Shown one piece after another: positions 15,849 through 28,855 of a stretch of DNA of 32,000 nt. The stretch spans positions 120,001 to 152,000 of the forward strand of contig NZ_BCZP01000013.1 in NCBI RefSeq assembly GCF_001598795.1, read 5' to 3'. A model generated the notes under the pieces. It saw only the letters and a program-made list of their open reading frames with translations. It was not told the origin of the DNA and did no database searches. Position numbers and translations under genes: made by a program. Source of the DNA: Delftia acidovorans NBRC 14950 (GTDB taxonomy: Bacteria; Pseudomonadota; Gammaproteobacteria; Burkholderiales; Burkholderiaceae_C). How positions within the stretch are numbered: position 1 is the first letter of the stretch; every line of letters begins with the position of its first letter.

Positions 15849-16811
15849 ATGCACAGCAGTTCGCCGCGCAACGCGCGCACGGTGGTCGTCGGGGGAGGCA
15901 CCATGGGTGCCGATGTGGCCGTGGTCCTGGCCCGGGGCGGCGCCCTGGTGACCGTGGTCGACCCCGGCGCGGCACGGCGCGAGCTGCTGCTGCAGCACAT
16001 TGCCATCGAGCTGGCCACGGCCGGCTTTGCCCGGTGCGCGTCCCAGGTCTCGGTCTGCGCGGCGCTGGAGGATGTGGCCTGGGACGGCGTCGCCCTGGTG
16101 GTGGAATGCATCACCGAGCGGCTGGATGCCAAGCAGGCACTGTTCGCCGAACTTGAGGCGCATGCGCCGGCCGACGCCGTGCTGGCCAGCAACAGCTCGG
16201 GCTTTCCCATCAGCGCCATCGCCAGCGGCCTGCCCACGGCGCAGCGCATGCTGGGCCTGCACTTTTTCATGCCAGCCCATTTGGTGCCACTGGTGGAAGT
16301 GGTGCTGGGCGAGCGCAGCGATCCGGCCCTGGGCCAGTGGCTGCACGGCTTCATGCGCGGCTGCGGCAGCGTGCCGGTGCTGGTGAAGAAGGACAAGCCC
16401 GGCTTTCTGGCCAACCGCATGCAGCACGCGCTGTCGCGCGAGGCCTTCGCCCTCATCGACGAGGGCATTGCCTCGCCCGAGGACGTGGATGCCGCCGTGC
16501 GCTTCGGCTTCGGCTTCCGCTTCCTGGCGGCCGGTCCCGTGCTGCAGCGCGACCATGCGGGCATCGAGGTGCACTGCGCGGCCGCCGCCACCATGTACCC
16601 CACGCTGTCCAACACCGATGTGCCGGCCCAGGCCCTGCGCGATCGCGTGGCGCGCGGCGATCTGGGCATGAAGACCGGCAAGGGCTTCTTCGACTGGCCC
16701 GAGGACCGCCGTCTGGCCGAGCGTGCCCGCTACGACGCGCTGCTGCGCCAGGGCCTGGCCCTGTTGGCCAGCGAGCTGCCGGTGCCGGAGCAGGCACAGG
16801 ACACGCCATGA
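15849..16811 (+). CDS. 3-hydroxyacyl-CoA dehydrogenase family protein (NAD-binding). Possibly a beta-hydroxy-acid dehydrogenase feeding the BKACE enzyme.
   Basis: 320 aa from the ATG at 15849, with AGGAGA 6 nt upstream. Motifs: VVVGGGTMGADVAVVLARGG (Rossmann), GLHFFMPAHLVPLVEVVLG, KDKPGFLANRMQ. The stop overlaps the BKACE start as ATGA. Confidence 0.88.
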   Translation: MHSSSPRNARTVVVGGGTMGADVAVVLARGGALVTVVDPGAARRELLLQHIAIELATAGFARCASQVSVCAALEDVAWDGVALVVECITERLDAKQALFAELEAHAPADAVLASNSSGFPISAIASGLPTAQRMLGLHFFMPAHLVPLVEVVLGERSDPALGQWLHGFMRGCGSVPVLVKKDKPGFLANRMQHALSREAFALIDEGIASPEDVDAAVRFGFGFRFLAAGPVLQRDHAGIEVHCAAAATMYPTLSNTDVPAQALRDRVARGDLGMKTGKGFFDWPEDRRLAERARYDALLRQGLALLASELPVPEQAQDTP

Positions 16812-17689
16812 GCACGCCGGTCCCCAAGTCAACCGCGTCGCCCACATCGCCCACGTCAACCACGTCGCAGTGGAGCGACCCGCTGATCGTCACCGTGGCC
16901 CCCAATGGCGCCTACAAGCAGCCGGCCGACCACCGAGCCCTGCCGATCACACCGCAGGCGCTGGCCGCCACGGCACGCGCCTGCCTGGATGCCGGCGCGG
17001 CCATGATCCACATGCACATCCGCGACGCCCAAGGGCGCCACAGCCTGGATGTGGACGGCTACCGCGAAGCCTGGCGCGTGGTGCGCGAGGCCGTGGGCAC
17101 GGACATGGTGGTGCAGATCACCAGCGAGGCGGCCGGCGTCTACCGCGCACCCGAGCAGATCGCCATGGTGCAGGCGCTGCGGCCCGAGGCCGTCTCCATC
17201 GGCCTGCGCGAGATCGACCAGCCCGAGATCGGCGATGCGGGACTGGCGCACTTTTTCACGGGCCTGGTGCGCGACCAGGTCATGGTGCAGGTCATCCTCT
17301 ACGACGTGGCCGACCTGCGCCGCTGGCAGGCGCTGCGCGCCCAGGGCGTGGTGCCCGAGGCGCCCTGGTTCCTGCTCTTCGTGCTGGGCCGCTACAGCGC
17401 GGGCCAGACCTCGCGGCCGCAGGACCTGCTGCCCTTTCTTGCGGCACATGACGGCGGCGAGCCCTGGGCCGTGTGCGCCTTCGGCGCCACGGAAAACACC
17501 TGCATCGCGACAGCCGCCGCCTTCGGCGGCCATGCGCGCGTGGGCTTCGAGAACAACCTGCTGACGCGGGACGGCCACACCGCGCCCGACAACGCCGCCC
17601 TGGTCCGCCAGGCCGTGGTGTCCGCCCAGGCGCTGGGCCGCCCCCTGGCCACGGCCGACGACATACGCCGGCGCTTCACACCGGGCTGA
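16808..17689 (+). CDS. Beta-keto acid cleavage enzyme family protein (BKACE, DUF849; 3-keto-5-aminohexanoate cleavage enzyme-like)
   Basis: 293 aa. LIVTVAPNGAYKQPADHRALPITPQALAATARACLDAGAAMIHMHIRD, then ...VCAFGATE... and GGHARVGFENNL. These are the TIM-barrel BKACE motifs as I remember them. The N-terminus carries an S/P/T-rich extension. Confidence 0.85.
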   Translation: MSTPVPKSTASPTSPTSTTSQWSDPLIVTVAPNGAYKQPADHRALPITPQALAATARACLDAGAAMIHMHIRDAQGRHSLDVDGYREAWRVVREAVGTDMVVQITSEAAGVYRAPEQIAMVQALRPEAVSIGLREIDQPEIGDAGLAHFFTGLVRDQVMVQVILYDVADLRRWQALRAQGVVPEAPWFLLFVLGRYSAGQTSRPQDLLPFLAAHDGGEPWAVCAFGATENTCIATAAAFGGHARVGFENNLLTRDGHTAPDNAALVRQAVVSAQALGRPLATADDIRRRFTPG

Positions 17690-17781
17690 GCACCAGGCGC
17701 CTTACAGGCCCATAAGCCGATAGGCCCATGAGCCCGCACAAGACGGGCCTTCCATTCCAACCACAGGCAGGAGACACAACC

Positions 17782-18816
17782 ATGCAACAGCCCACCCACG
17801 GCACGCGGCGTGACGCCATCGCCAAAATCAAGGTAGCCACCGCATTCACGGCGCTTCCCCTGGCCTTCATGGCCCTGGGCCTGGCGGGCCAGGCCTCGGC
17901 CCAGACCCCGTCGCCGGCATTCCCCAGCAAGACCATCCGCTTCGTCGTGCCCTATCCGCCCGGCGGCCCCACCGACCTGATGGCACGCATGCTGCAGCCC
18001 GAGCTGCAGCAGCACCTGGGCGTGACCGTCATCGTGGAGAACAAGAGCGGCGCGGGCGGCAACCTGGGCAGCGCCGAGGTGGCCCGCCAGGCGCCCGCCG
18101 ACGGCCACACCCTGCTGCTGGCCGCCAGCGGCCCCATGGCCGTGAATTCCTCGCTGTACAAGAGCATGCCATTCAACCCGCTCAAGGACCTGGAGCCCGT
18201 GGTGCAGCTGTCGGCCTTCCCGCTGGTGCTGGAGGTCCATCCCTCGCTGGGCGTCAAGACCGTGGCCGAGCTGCTGGCCCTGGCCAAAGCGGGCAAGACG
18301 CTGAGCTTTGCCTCGGCCGGCAATGGCACGCCCCAGCACCTGGCGGGCGAGCTGTTCAACTCCATGGAGCAGGTCAAGCTGGGCCATGTCCCCTACCGGG
18401 GTGCGGGACCGGCACTCAACGACCTGATCGGCGGCCAGGTGGGCGTGATGTTCGACATCGTAGGCAGCTCGCTGCAGCACATCCAGGGCGGGCGCCTGAT
18501 CCCGCTGGCCGTCACCTCGGCCGAGCGCACCAAGGTGCTGCCCGACGTGCCCACCATGGCCCAGGCCGGCGTGCCCGGCTACCAGATCACGGGCTGGCAT
18601 GGCATTGCCGTGCGCGCGGGCACGCCGCCCGCCGCCATCGACAAACTCAATTCCACGGTCAACGCCATCTTCAAGGACCCGGCCTTCCGCACGCGCTGGG
18701 AGGCCATCGGCACGCCGGCCGTGGGCGGCACGGCGGCCGAATTCGGTGCCTTGATCAAGAGCGACTCCCAGCGCCTGGGCGCGCTGGTGCGCAGCACCGG
18801 CGTGACGCTGGACTGA
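17782..18816 (+). CDS. Bug-family (TctC-like) tripartite tricarboxylate transporter periplasmic substrate-binding protein. No TctA/TctB genes are nearby.
   Basis: 344 aa from the ATG at 17782, with AGGAGA 8 nt upstream. Signal peptide ending ASAQ. Motifs: KTIRFVVPYPPGGPTDLMARM, VENKSGAGGNLG, PYRGAGPALNDLIGGQV. Confidence 0.92.
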   Translation: MQQPTHGTRRDAIAKIKVATAFTALPLAFMALGLAGQASAQTPSPAFPSKTIRFVVPYPPGGPTDLMARMLQPELQQHLGVTVIVENKSGAGGNLGSAEVARQAPADGHTLLLAASGPMAVNSSLYKSMPFNPLKDLEPVVQLSAFPLVLEVHPSLGVKTVAELLALAKAGKTLSFASAGNGTPQHLAGELFNSMEQVKLGHVPYRGAGPALNDLIGGQVGVMFDIVGSSLQHIQGGRLIPLAVTSAERTKVLPDVPTMAQAGVPGYQITGWHGIAVRAGTPPAAIDKLNSTVNAIFKDPAFRTRWEAIGTPAVGGTAAEFGALIKSDSQRLGALVRSTGVTLD

Positions 18817-18825
18817 GCGCGCCCG

Positions 18826-19746
18826 TCAGTAGCCGCGCCGCAGGTCCACGCGGCCGCTCACGGCCTCGCCCCGGCTCAGCGCCGCGACCTTGCCCACGAT
18901 CTGCTCCACGCTGTCGCGCGCCAGGGTGCGGGCCGAGGTGTGGGGCGTGAGCGTGATGCGCGGATGCCGCCAGAAGGCATGGCCGTCGGGCAGCGGCTCG
19001 GTGCGGAACACATCGAGCAACGCGCCGGACACATGGCCCCCGTCGATGGCGGCGATGAGGTCCTCGTCCGCCACATGGCCGCCGCGTCCCACGTTGATGA
19101 CATAGGCGCCCGGCTGCAGCAGGGCCAGGCTGCGCGCGTCGATGATGCTGTCCGTCTCGGGTGTCAGCGGCAGCAGGTTGACGAGGATGCGGGTGGCGCG
19201 CAGAAAGGCATCGAAGTCCTGCGGGCCGCAGAAGCCACGCACGCCGTCGATGGCATGCGGCGTACGGCTCCAGCCGTTGACGGGGAAATCGAACACCGTC
19301 AGCGCGCGCGCCACGCGCTCGCCCATGCGGCCCAGCCCCATGATGCCCACGGGGTAGTCGGCACGCCGGGGATTGGGCCGGTGCTGCCACAGGCCGGCGG
19401 CCATGTCGGCCTCGTAGCCGTCTAGACCGCGGAAGAAGCGGACCACCGCCTGGCAGACATATTCGGCCATCTGCACGGCCATGCCGGCGTCCTCCAGGCG
19501 GTAGACGGGAAGGTCGGCCGGCAGGCGCAGCGGCAGCAGCGCATCGACGCCGGCGCCGATGTTGAACACGGCCTTGAGGCCCGGCTGCTCGTCGATGAAG
19601 CGCTGGGGTGGCGCCCAGACCAGGGCGTAGTCGGCCTGCGGCGCGCCCGGCGACCAGATGTCCACCTCGGCGCCCGGCAGGGCCGCGCGCAGTCCTTGCA
19701 GCCAGGCGTCGGGCCTGGTGTCTTCGCAGCAGAAAGTCACTCGCAT
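18826..19746 (-). CDS. ghrA: Glyoxylate/hydroxypyruvate reductase A-like D-2-hydroxyacid dehydrogenase
   Basis: 306 aa. Colinear with E. coli GhrA as remembered: ADYALVW.PP, KAVF..GAGVD, RLEDAGM..QM.EY, LLPLTPET, VFR.EPLP...FW.HPRITLTPH, and the shared C-terminal ...GRVDLRRGY. Confidence 0.85.
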   Translation of the reverse strand: MRVTFCCEDTRPDAWLQGLRAALPGAEVDIWSPGAPQADYALVWAPPQRFIDEQPGLKAVFNIGAGVDALLPLRLPADLPVYRLEDAGMAVQMAEYVCQAVVRFFRGLDGYEADMAAGLWQHRPNPRRADYPVGIMGLGRMGERVARALTVFDFPVNGWSRTPHAIDGVRGFCGPQDFDAFLRATRILVNLLPLTPETDSIIDARSLALLQPGAYVINVGRGGHVADEDLIAAIDGGHVSGALLDVFRTEPLPDGHAFWRHPRITLTPHTSARTLARDSVEQIVGKVAALSRGEAVSGRVDLRRGY

Positions 19747-19816
19747 AGGGGGCCAAGCCTAACGGCCTGGCGACGCCCACGCGCGACTTTTGCGCAAAAC
19801 TGTCTTGCCTGCGGCC

Positions 19817-21835
<2,019 letters not shown>

Positions 21836-21886
21836 GCGTTATCTCCAGTGTTTTCTCTGCAGCCCCGGTCATTCGGCGACCGGCGG

Positions 21887-22636
21887 CTATGGTTTTTGAT
21901 TCATCGCGGGAGACCCGCCCAACAGCGAGCGCAGGCGCTGCACCACGGCCTTGAGAAAGCGCCACAGCACCCAGGTCAGCAGCCACAGGGCGATGACCAC
22001 GACCAGCAGCACGGCGGCGAAGGCCAGCGGATGCGTGAGCGCCAGCCAGATCGCGCCCACCGAGGCACCGTCCTCCACCAGGCTCGCGCCCACGTTGGAA
22101 AACGGCTCCGGCGAAGTGTTGATGGCCGCGCGCGCCGTGCTCTTGGCCACCTGGCTGGACAGGGCCAGCGAGCCGCCCATCAGGGCCGCCATGGTGGCCA
22201 TGGTCGCGCTGTCGGCGCCGAAGACGCCGGCCGCCAGCGCCGCGCCCGCCGGGATGCGGATCACGCTTTGCAGCAGGTCCCAGACCGAGTCCACGCCGGG
22301 GATCTTGTCGGCGAAGAACTCCACGAACAGCAGCGCGCCGCTGGCGAACAGCAGGGCCGGATGCTCCAGCACATGCAGCCCGCCCGGCAGCGCCACCCAG
22401 CCCAGCGCCCCCAGCAGCCCGGTCACGAAGACCACGGCGTAGAGCCTAAAGCCGCTGGCCCAGCCCAGTGCGGCGGCCAGCGCCAGCAGGCCGGCCATGT
22501 CCATGCCGCTGGTGGCCTGGCCCACGCGCTCGGCCACTTCGCCAGCCGCCTCGCTGACCGTGTGGTGCACGGCCGGGCCCGGGTACAGGCCCACGGACTG
22601 CAGCCACTGGACGAGGGAGTCGGTCAGGGTGCTCAT
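21887..22636 (-). CDS. DUF4126 family integral membrane protein
   Basis: 249 aa. Several TM segments and the motif FFADKIPGVDSVWD, which is typical of DUF4126 as I remember it. The family assignment is from memory. Confidence 0.75.
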   Translation of the reverse strand: MSTLTDSLVQWLQSVGLYPGPAVHHTVSEAAGEVAERVGQATSGMDMAGLLALAAALGWASGFRLYAVVFVTGLLGALGWVALPGGLHVLEHPALLFASGALLFVEFFADKIPGVDSVWDLLQSVIRIPAGAALAAGVFGADSATMATMAALMGGSLALSSQVAKSTARAAINTSPEPFSNVGASLVEDGASVGAIWLALTHPLAFAAVLLVVVIALWLLTWVLWRFLKAVVQRLRSLLGGSPAMNQKP

Positions 22637-22639
22637 GGT

Positions 22640-22670
22640 GTTGGCTCGGCGTTGGCTCGGCGTTGCTCGG
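22640..22670. repeat. 11-nt tandem repeat GTTGGCTCGGC x2 plus a degenerate third unit, in the liuC-DUF4126 spacer
   Basis: Read directly: GTTGGCTCGGC GTTGGCTCGGC GTTGCTCGG. It begins 4 nt upstream of the DUF4126 ATG (mRNA sense CGCCGAGCCAA repeated). Confidence 0.85.
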
Positions 22671-22702
22671 TGGTCGCGCGATGAATGGGCGGCCCGCGCG
22701 TG

Positions 22703-23488
22703 TCAGGCCAGCCAGGCCGGCTTGCGCTTTTGCAGGAAGGCTTGCACGCCCTCCTTGCCCTCGGCGCTGGCGCGGATGTCGGCAATGCCTTCGACGGTGG
22801 CGGCGATCAGTTGCTCGTTGATCTCGCGCTCGGCCACGTCGATCACCAGGCGCTTGCAGGCGCGGGCGGCGGCGGGACCGGCGCTGACCAGGTGCTTGAG
22901 CAGGCCGTCCACGGCGTTGTCCAGCTCGTCTGCCGCCACCACGCGGTGCACGAAGCCGATGCGCAGCGCCTCGGCCGCGTCGAAGCGCTCACCGGTCAGG
23001 AAGTAGCGGTGGGCGGCGCGCGCGCCCATGGCGCGGATCACGTAGGGGCTGATGGTGGCGGGGATCAGGCCGATCTTCACCTCGGACAGGCAAAAGCCCG
23101 CGCCCTCGGCGGCCACGGCCATGTCGCAGGCAGCGACCAGGCCCATGCCGCCCGCATAGACATCGCCCTGCACGCGCGCGATGGTGGGCTGCGGGCATTC
23201 GTAGATCACGCGCAGCATTTCGGCCAGCAGGCCGGCGTCCTCGCGGTTCTCGTCGCGCGAGTAGTCGGCCATGCGGCGCATCCAGTTGAGGTTGGCGCCT
23301 GCGCAGAAGGCCGGCCCCTCGGCGGCCAGCACCACGGCGCGCACGTCGCTGCGCTTGCCCACGGAGTGGAAGGCCTGGGTGATGTCGGCGATGACCTCGT
23401 CGCTGAAGGCGTTGCGCACTTCGGGCTGGGTCAGCGTGATGGTGGCCAGGGGGCCCTGGAATTCGAGGGTCAGTGCGGTGGTTTTCAT
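22703..23488 (-). CDS. liuC: Methylglutaconyl-CoA hydratase (crotonase/enoyl-CoA hydratase family; LiuC)
   Basis: 261 aa from the ATG at 23488, with GAGG upstream. Motifs: ITLTQPEVRNAF, FCAGANL, GDVYAGGMGLVAACD. It sits between the two carboxylase subunits. Confidence 0.88.
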   Translation of the reverse strand: MKTTALTLEFQGPLATITLTQPEVRNAFSDEVIADITQAFHSVGKRSDVRAVVLAAEGPAFCAGANLNWMRRMADYSRDENREDAGLLAEMLRVIYECPQPTIARVQGDVYAGGMGLVAACDMAVAAEGAGFCLSEVKIGLIPATISPYVIRAMGARAAHRYFLTGERFDAAEALRIGFVHRVVAADELDNAVDGLLKHLVSAGPAAARACKRLVIDVAEREINEQLIAATVEGIADIRASAEGKEGVQAFLQKRKPAWLA

Positions 23489-23522
23489 GAAGTACCTCGC
23501 TGCAAGGAAAGAGGGGCCGCCG

Positions 23523-25130
23523 TCACATGCGGAACACACCGAAGCGCGTGTCCTCTATGGGAGCGTTGCGCGTGGCCGCCAGGCCCAGCGCCAGCACGCG
23601 GCGCGTGTCGGCGGGGTCGATGACGCCATCGTCCCACAGGCGCGCCGTCGCGTAATAGGGGTGGCCCTGATCCTCGTACTGCTGGCGGATGGGGGCCTTG
23701 AAGGCCTCTTCCTCCTCGGCCGTCCACTGGCCGCCCTTGGCCTCGATGCCGTCGCGCTTGACGGTGGCCAGCACGCTGGCCGCCTGCTCGCCGCCCATGA
23801 CCGAGATGCGCGCGTTGGGCCACATCCACAGGAAGCGCGGCGAGTAGGCGCGGCCGCACATGCCGTAGTTGCCCGCGCCGAAGGAGCCGCCGATGATGAT
23901 GGTGAACTTCGGCACGGCCGCCGTGGCCACGGCCGTGACCAGCTTGGCGCCGTGGCGGGCAATGCCTTCGTTCTCGTACTTGCGGCCCACCATGAAGCCC
24001 GTGATGTTCTGCAGGAAGACCAGCGGGATCTTGCGCTGGCAGCACAGCTCGATGAAGTGCGCGCCCTTGACGGCCGATTCGCTGAACAGGATGCCGTTGT
24101 TGGCGATGATGCCCACCTGCATGCCCTCGATGCGCGCAAAGCCGCAGACCAGGGTGGCGCCGAAGCGGGCCTTGAACTCGTCGAAGCGGCTGCCGTCCAC
24201 CACGCGGGCGATGATCTCGCGCACATCGAAGGGCTTGCGCGTGTCCACGGGGATCACACCGTACAGCTCGCCGCCGTCGAACAGCGGCGCCTCGGGGGGC
24301 AGGTCGCCGGCCGAAGGCTGCTTGGCATGGTTGAGGTTGGCCACGGACTGGCGCGCCAGCGCCAGCGCGTGGGTGTCGTTGTGGGCCAGGTGGTCGGCCA
24401 CGCCCGACAGGCGCGTGTGCACGTCGCCGCCGCCCAGGTCCTCGGCGCTGACCACCTCGCCCGTGGCGGCCTTCACCAGCGGCGGGCCGCCCAGGAAGAT
24501 GGTGCCCTGGTTCTTGACGATGATGGACTCGTCGCTCATGGCCGGCACATAGGCGCCGCCGGCCGTGCACGAGCCCATGACCACGGCGATCTGGGCAATG
24601 CCCTCGGCGCTCATGTTGGCCTGGTTGAAGAAGATGCGGCCGAAGTGCTCGCGGTCGGGAAACACATCGTCCTGGTTGGGCAGGTTGGCGCCGCCCGAGT
24701 CCACCAGGTAGATGCAGGGCAGGCGGTTCTGCGCGGCGATCTCCTGGGCGCGCAGGTGCTTCTTCACCGTCATCGGGTAGTAGGTTCCGCCCTTCACCGT
24801 GGCGTCGTTGCACACGATCATGCAGTCCACGCCGCTGACGCGGCCGATGCCGGCGATCAGGCCCGCGCCGGGTGCATCGTTGCGGTACATGTTGAGCGCG
24901 GCCAGCGGGGCGATCTCCAGAAAGGGCGTGCCCGGGTCCAGCAGCATGGCCACGCGGTCGCGCGGCAGCAGCTTGCCGCGCGCCACGTGCTTGGCGCGCG
25001 CGGCCTCGCCGCCGCCCTCGGCGACCTTGGCCACCTGGGCCTGCAGGTCTTCGACCACGGCGCGCATGGCGGCGGCATTGGCCAGGAAGTCCGCCGAACG
25101 CGGATTGAGTTGGGTGCCCAGAATGCTCAT
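23523..25130 (-). CDS. liuB: Methylcrotonyl-CoA carboxylase beta (carboxyltransferase) subunit (LiuB/MccB)
   Basis: 535 aa from the ATG at 25130, with GAAGAGG upstream. Motifs: [72 protein letters not shown]. Confidence 0.93.
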   Translation of the reverse strand: MSILGTQLNPRSADFLANAAAMRAVVEDLQAQVAKVAEGGGEAARAKHVARGKLLPRDRVAMLLDPGTPFLEIAPLAALNMYRNDAPGAGLIAGIGRVSGVDCMIVCNDATVKGGTYYPMTVKKHLRAQEIAAQNRLPCIYLVDSGGANLPNQDDVFPDREHFGRIFFNQANMSAEGIAQIAVVMGSCTAGGAYVPAMSDESIIVKNQGTIFLGGPPLVKAATGEVVSAEDLGGGDVHTRLSGVADHLAHNDTHALALARQSVANLNHAKQPSAGDLPPEAPLFDGGELYGVIPVDTRKPFDVREIIARVVDGSRFDEFKARFGATLVCGFARIEGMQVGIIANNGILFSESAVKGAHFIELCCQRKIPLVFLQNITGFMVGRKYENEGIARHGAKLVTAVATAAVPKFTIIIGGSFGAGNYGMCGRAYSPRFLWMWPNARISVMGGEQAASVLATVKRDGIEAKGGQWTAEEEEAFKAPIRQQYEDQGHPYYATARLWDDGVIDPADTRRVLALGLAATRNAPIEDTRFGVFRM

Positions 25131-25222
25131 GTGTGGCCTCTTCTTGTGTTTGCCCGATGCGGGCGCTTGGTTTTTTCGAATGTGCTGCAAAGAACGGCGG
25201 CCCGGGCTGGGGAAAATGCCGT

Positions 25223-26956
25223 ATGCACACCGTTGAAATCGTCTTGCTCGTTTTGCTGCTGGGGGCACTGACCGGCATTGCCGCGCGCTATGTGCGCGCC
25301 ATCCCGCTGCCGCTGATACAGATCGCCCTGGGAGCGCTGATCGCCTGGCCGCAAAAGGGCCTGCACATCGCCTTCGATCCCGAGCTGTTCCTGCTGCTGT
25401 TCATCCCGCCGCTGCTGTTCGCCGACGGCTGGCGCATCCCCAAGCGCGAGTTCTTTTCGCTGTACCGCCCCATCCTGCGCCTGGCGCTGGGCCTGGTGCT
25501 GTTCACGGTGGTGGGGCTGGGCTGGCTGATCCACTGGCTGGTGCCCGGCATGCCGCTGACCGTGGCCTTCGCGCTGGCCGCCGTGGTCTCGCCCACCGAT
25601 GCCGTGGCCGTCTCGGCCATCACGCGCAACCTGGGCATGCCCGAGAAGACCATGCACATCCTCGAAGGCGAGTCCCTGCTCAACGATGCCTCGGGCCTGG
25701 TGGCGCTGAAGTTCGCCATTGCCGCCACGCTGACCGGCCTGTTCTCGTGGACCGAGGTGGCCAAGGATTTCATGTGGATGGCCCTGGGCGGCCTGGGCGT
25801 GGGCACGCTGATCGGCTGGGGCTTTTCCTATGCGCGCAGCACCATCACGCGCCGCCTGGGCGACGTGGCGGCCACGCAGATGGTGCTGCTGCTGATCCTG
25901 CTGCCCTTCGCTGCCTACATCGTGGGCGAAAAGATCGGCGTGTCGGGCATCCTGTCGGCCGTGGCCGCGGGCATTGCCACCAACTTCGCCGACCTGGAGC
26001 GCAGCAGCTACATCAGCGAGCGGCTGCAGACCGAGGGCACCTGGAGCATGGTGGAAGCCTCGTTCAACGGCGCCATCTTCCTGCTGCTGGGCCTGCAGCT
26101 GCCCTCCATCATCGGCGTGACGCTGCACGATGCGGGCAGCGAATGGTGGGTGCTGGTGGGCTATGTGGTGATCATCTCCAGCGCGCTGCTGCTGATGCGC
26201 TGGATCTGGCTGACCCTGGGCGTGCAGCGCAGCCTGGCACGCGCCCACTTCCAGGGAAAGATGGCAGAGCGCCCTTCCCACCTGCTGAACCTGGCCACCA
26301 CCATGGCCGGCATACGCGGCGCCGTGACGCTGGCCGGCGCGCTGTCCGTGCCCATGCTGCTGAACAACGGCCAGCCCTTTCCGGGCCGCGAGATGCTGGT
26401 CTTCCTGGCCACCGGCACCATCTTGTTCACCCTGGTGCTGGGCAGCATCGCGCTGCCGCTGATCCTGCGCCGCATGCCCCAGCCCGGCGAATCGCCCACG
26501 GTGCGCGAGGAGCGCCTGGCGCGCGTGGCCGCCTGCCAGTCCGCCATTGGCGGGCTGACGCTGAGCGAGGAAGAGATCCAGGGCCACACGCCCGAATGGG
26601 TGGCCATGCACCAGGAGGTCATGGGCCACCTGACGCAGGAGTACCGCAACCGCGTCCAGCTGCTGGACGACGGCAGCGGCACGGCCTCCAGCATCGAGAT
26701 CCAGCGCGAGGCGCCCGAAGTCGTGCGCCAGCGCAAGCTGCGCTACCTGCTGGAGATCGAGCTGCGGCTGCGCTGCATCCACCAGGAGCGCGACGCGCTC
26801 TACGCCGAGCGCCAGGCCCACCGCATCAACGACGAGTCGCTGCGCCGCCTGGTCAGCGAGCTGGACATGCAGGAGATCTCGCTGCGCAAGCGCCTGGTCG
26901 TGGCGCGCCGCGCTGCAGCCTCGGCCGTGGCCGCGCCCGAAGGCGGCACGCACTAG
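25223..26956 (+). CDS. Na+/H+ antiporter, CPA1 family, with a long cytoplasmic C-terminal tail
   Basis: 577 aa from the ATG at 25223. Motifs: [41 protein letters not shown]. About 11-12 TM segments, then a charged tail of roughly 150 aa. Confidence 0.88.
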   Translation: MHTVEIVLLVLLLGALTGIAARYVRAIPLPLIQIALGALIAWPQKGLHIAFDPELFLLLFIPPLLFADGWRIPKREFFSLYRPILRLALGLVLFTVVGLGWLIHWLVPGMPLTVAFALAAVVSPTDAVAVSAITRNLGMPEKTMHILEGESLLNDASGLVALKFAIAATLTGLFSWTEVAKDFMWMALGGLGVGTLIGWGFSYARSTITRRLGDVAATQMVLLLILLPFAAYIVGEKIGVSGILSAVAAGIATNFADLERSSYISERLQTEGTWSMVEASFNGAIFLLLGLQLPSIIGVTLHDAGSEWWVLVGYVVIISSALLLMRWIWLTLGVQRSLARAHFQGKMAERPSHLLNLATTMAGIRGAVTLAGALSVPMLLNNGQPFPGREMLVFLATGTILFTLVLGSIALPLILRRMPQPGESPTVREERLARVAACQSAIGGLTLSEEEIQGHTPEWVAMHQEVMGHLTQEYRNRVQLLDDGSGTASSIEIQREAPEVVRQRKLRYLLEIELRLRCIHQERDALYAERQAHRINDESLRRLVSELDMQEISLRKRLVVARRAAASAVAAPEGGTH

Positions 26957-27000
26957 GCGGCACGCGGTGGACAGCTGGCGGCAGTGCATGAAAGCAGCCC

Positions 27001-28719
<1,719 letters not shown>

Positions 28720-28855
28720 GCGTTGTCTCCTGTGTCGTCGGCGGCGCCTGGGACGGGCAAATGCAGTGGCCTGCCCCGTCACGGCAGCTATTGCGTGGCA
28801 GCATAAGGGCCAACCCCGAGCAGAACAGGCCACGAAGGTTGCAATAATTGCCAGC

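Noticed and set aside
22640-22670. Tandem 11-nt repeat considered as a CRISPR-like or minisatellite element
   Set aside because: There are only about 2.8 units, no spacers and no cas genes. It is kept only as a short tandem repeat in an operon spacer.
25150-25180. GCCCG-ATG-CGGGC hairpin followed by a T-run in the liuB/antiporter divergent spacer, considered as a terminator or attenuator
   Set aside because: The stem is 5 bp with a 3-nt loop, which is too weak. No upstream + strand gene needs terminating there. It is probably coincidental within a promoter region.
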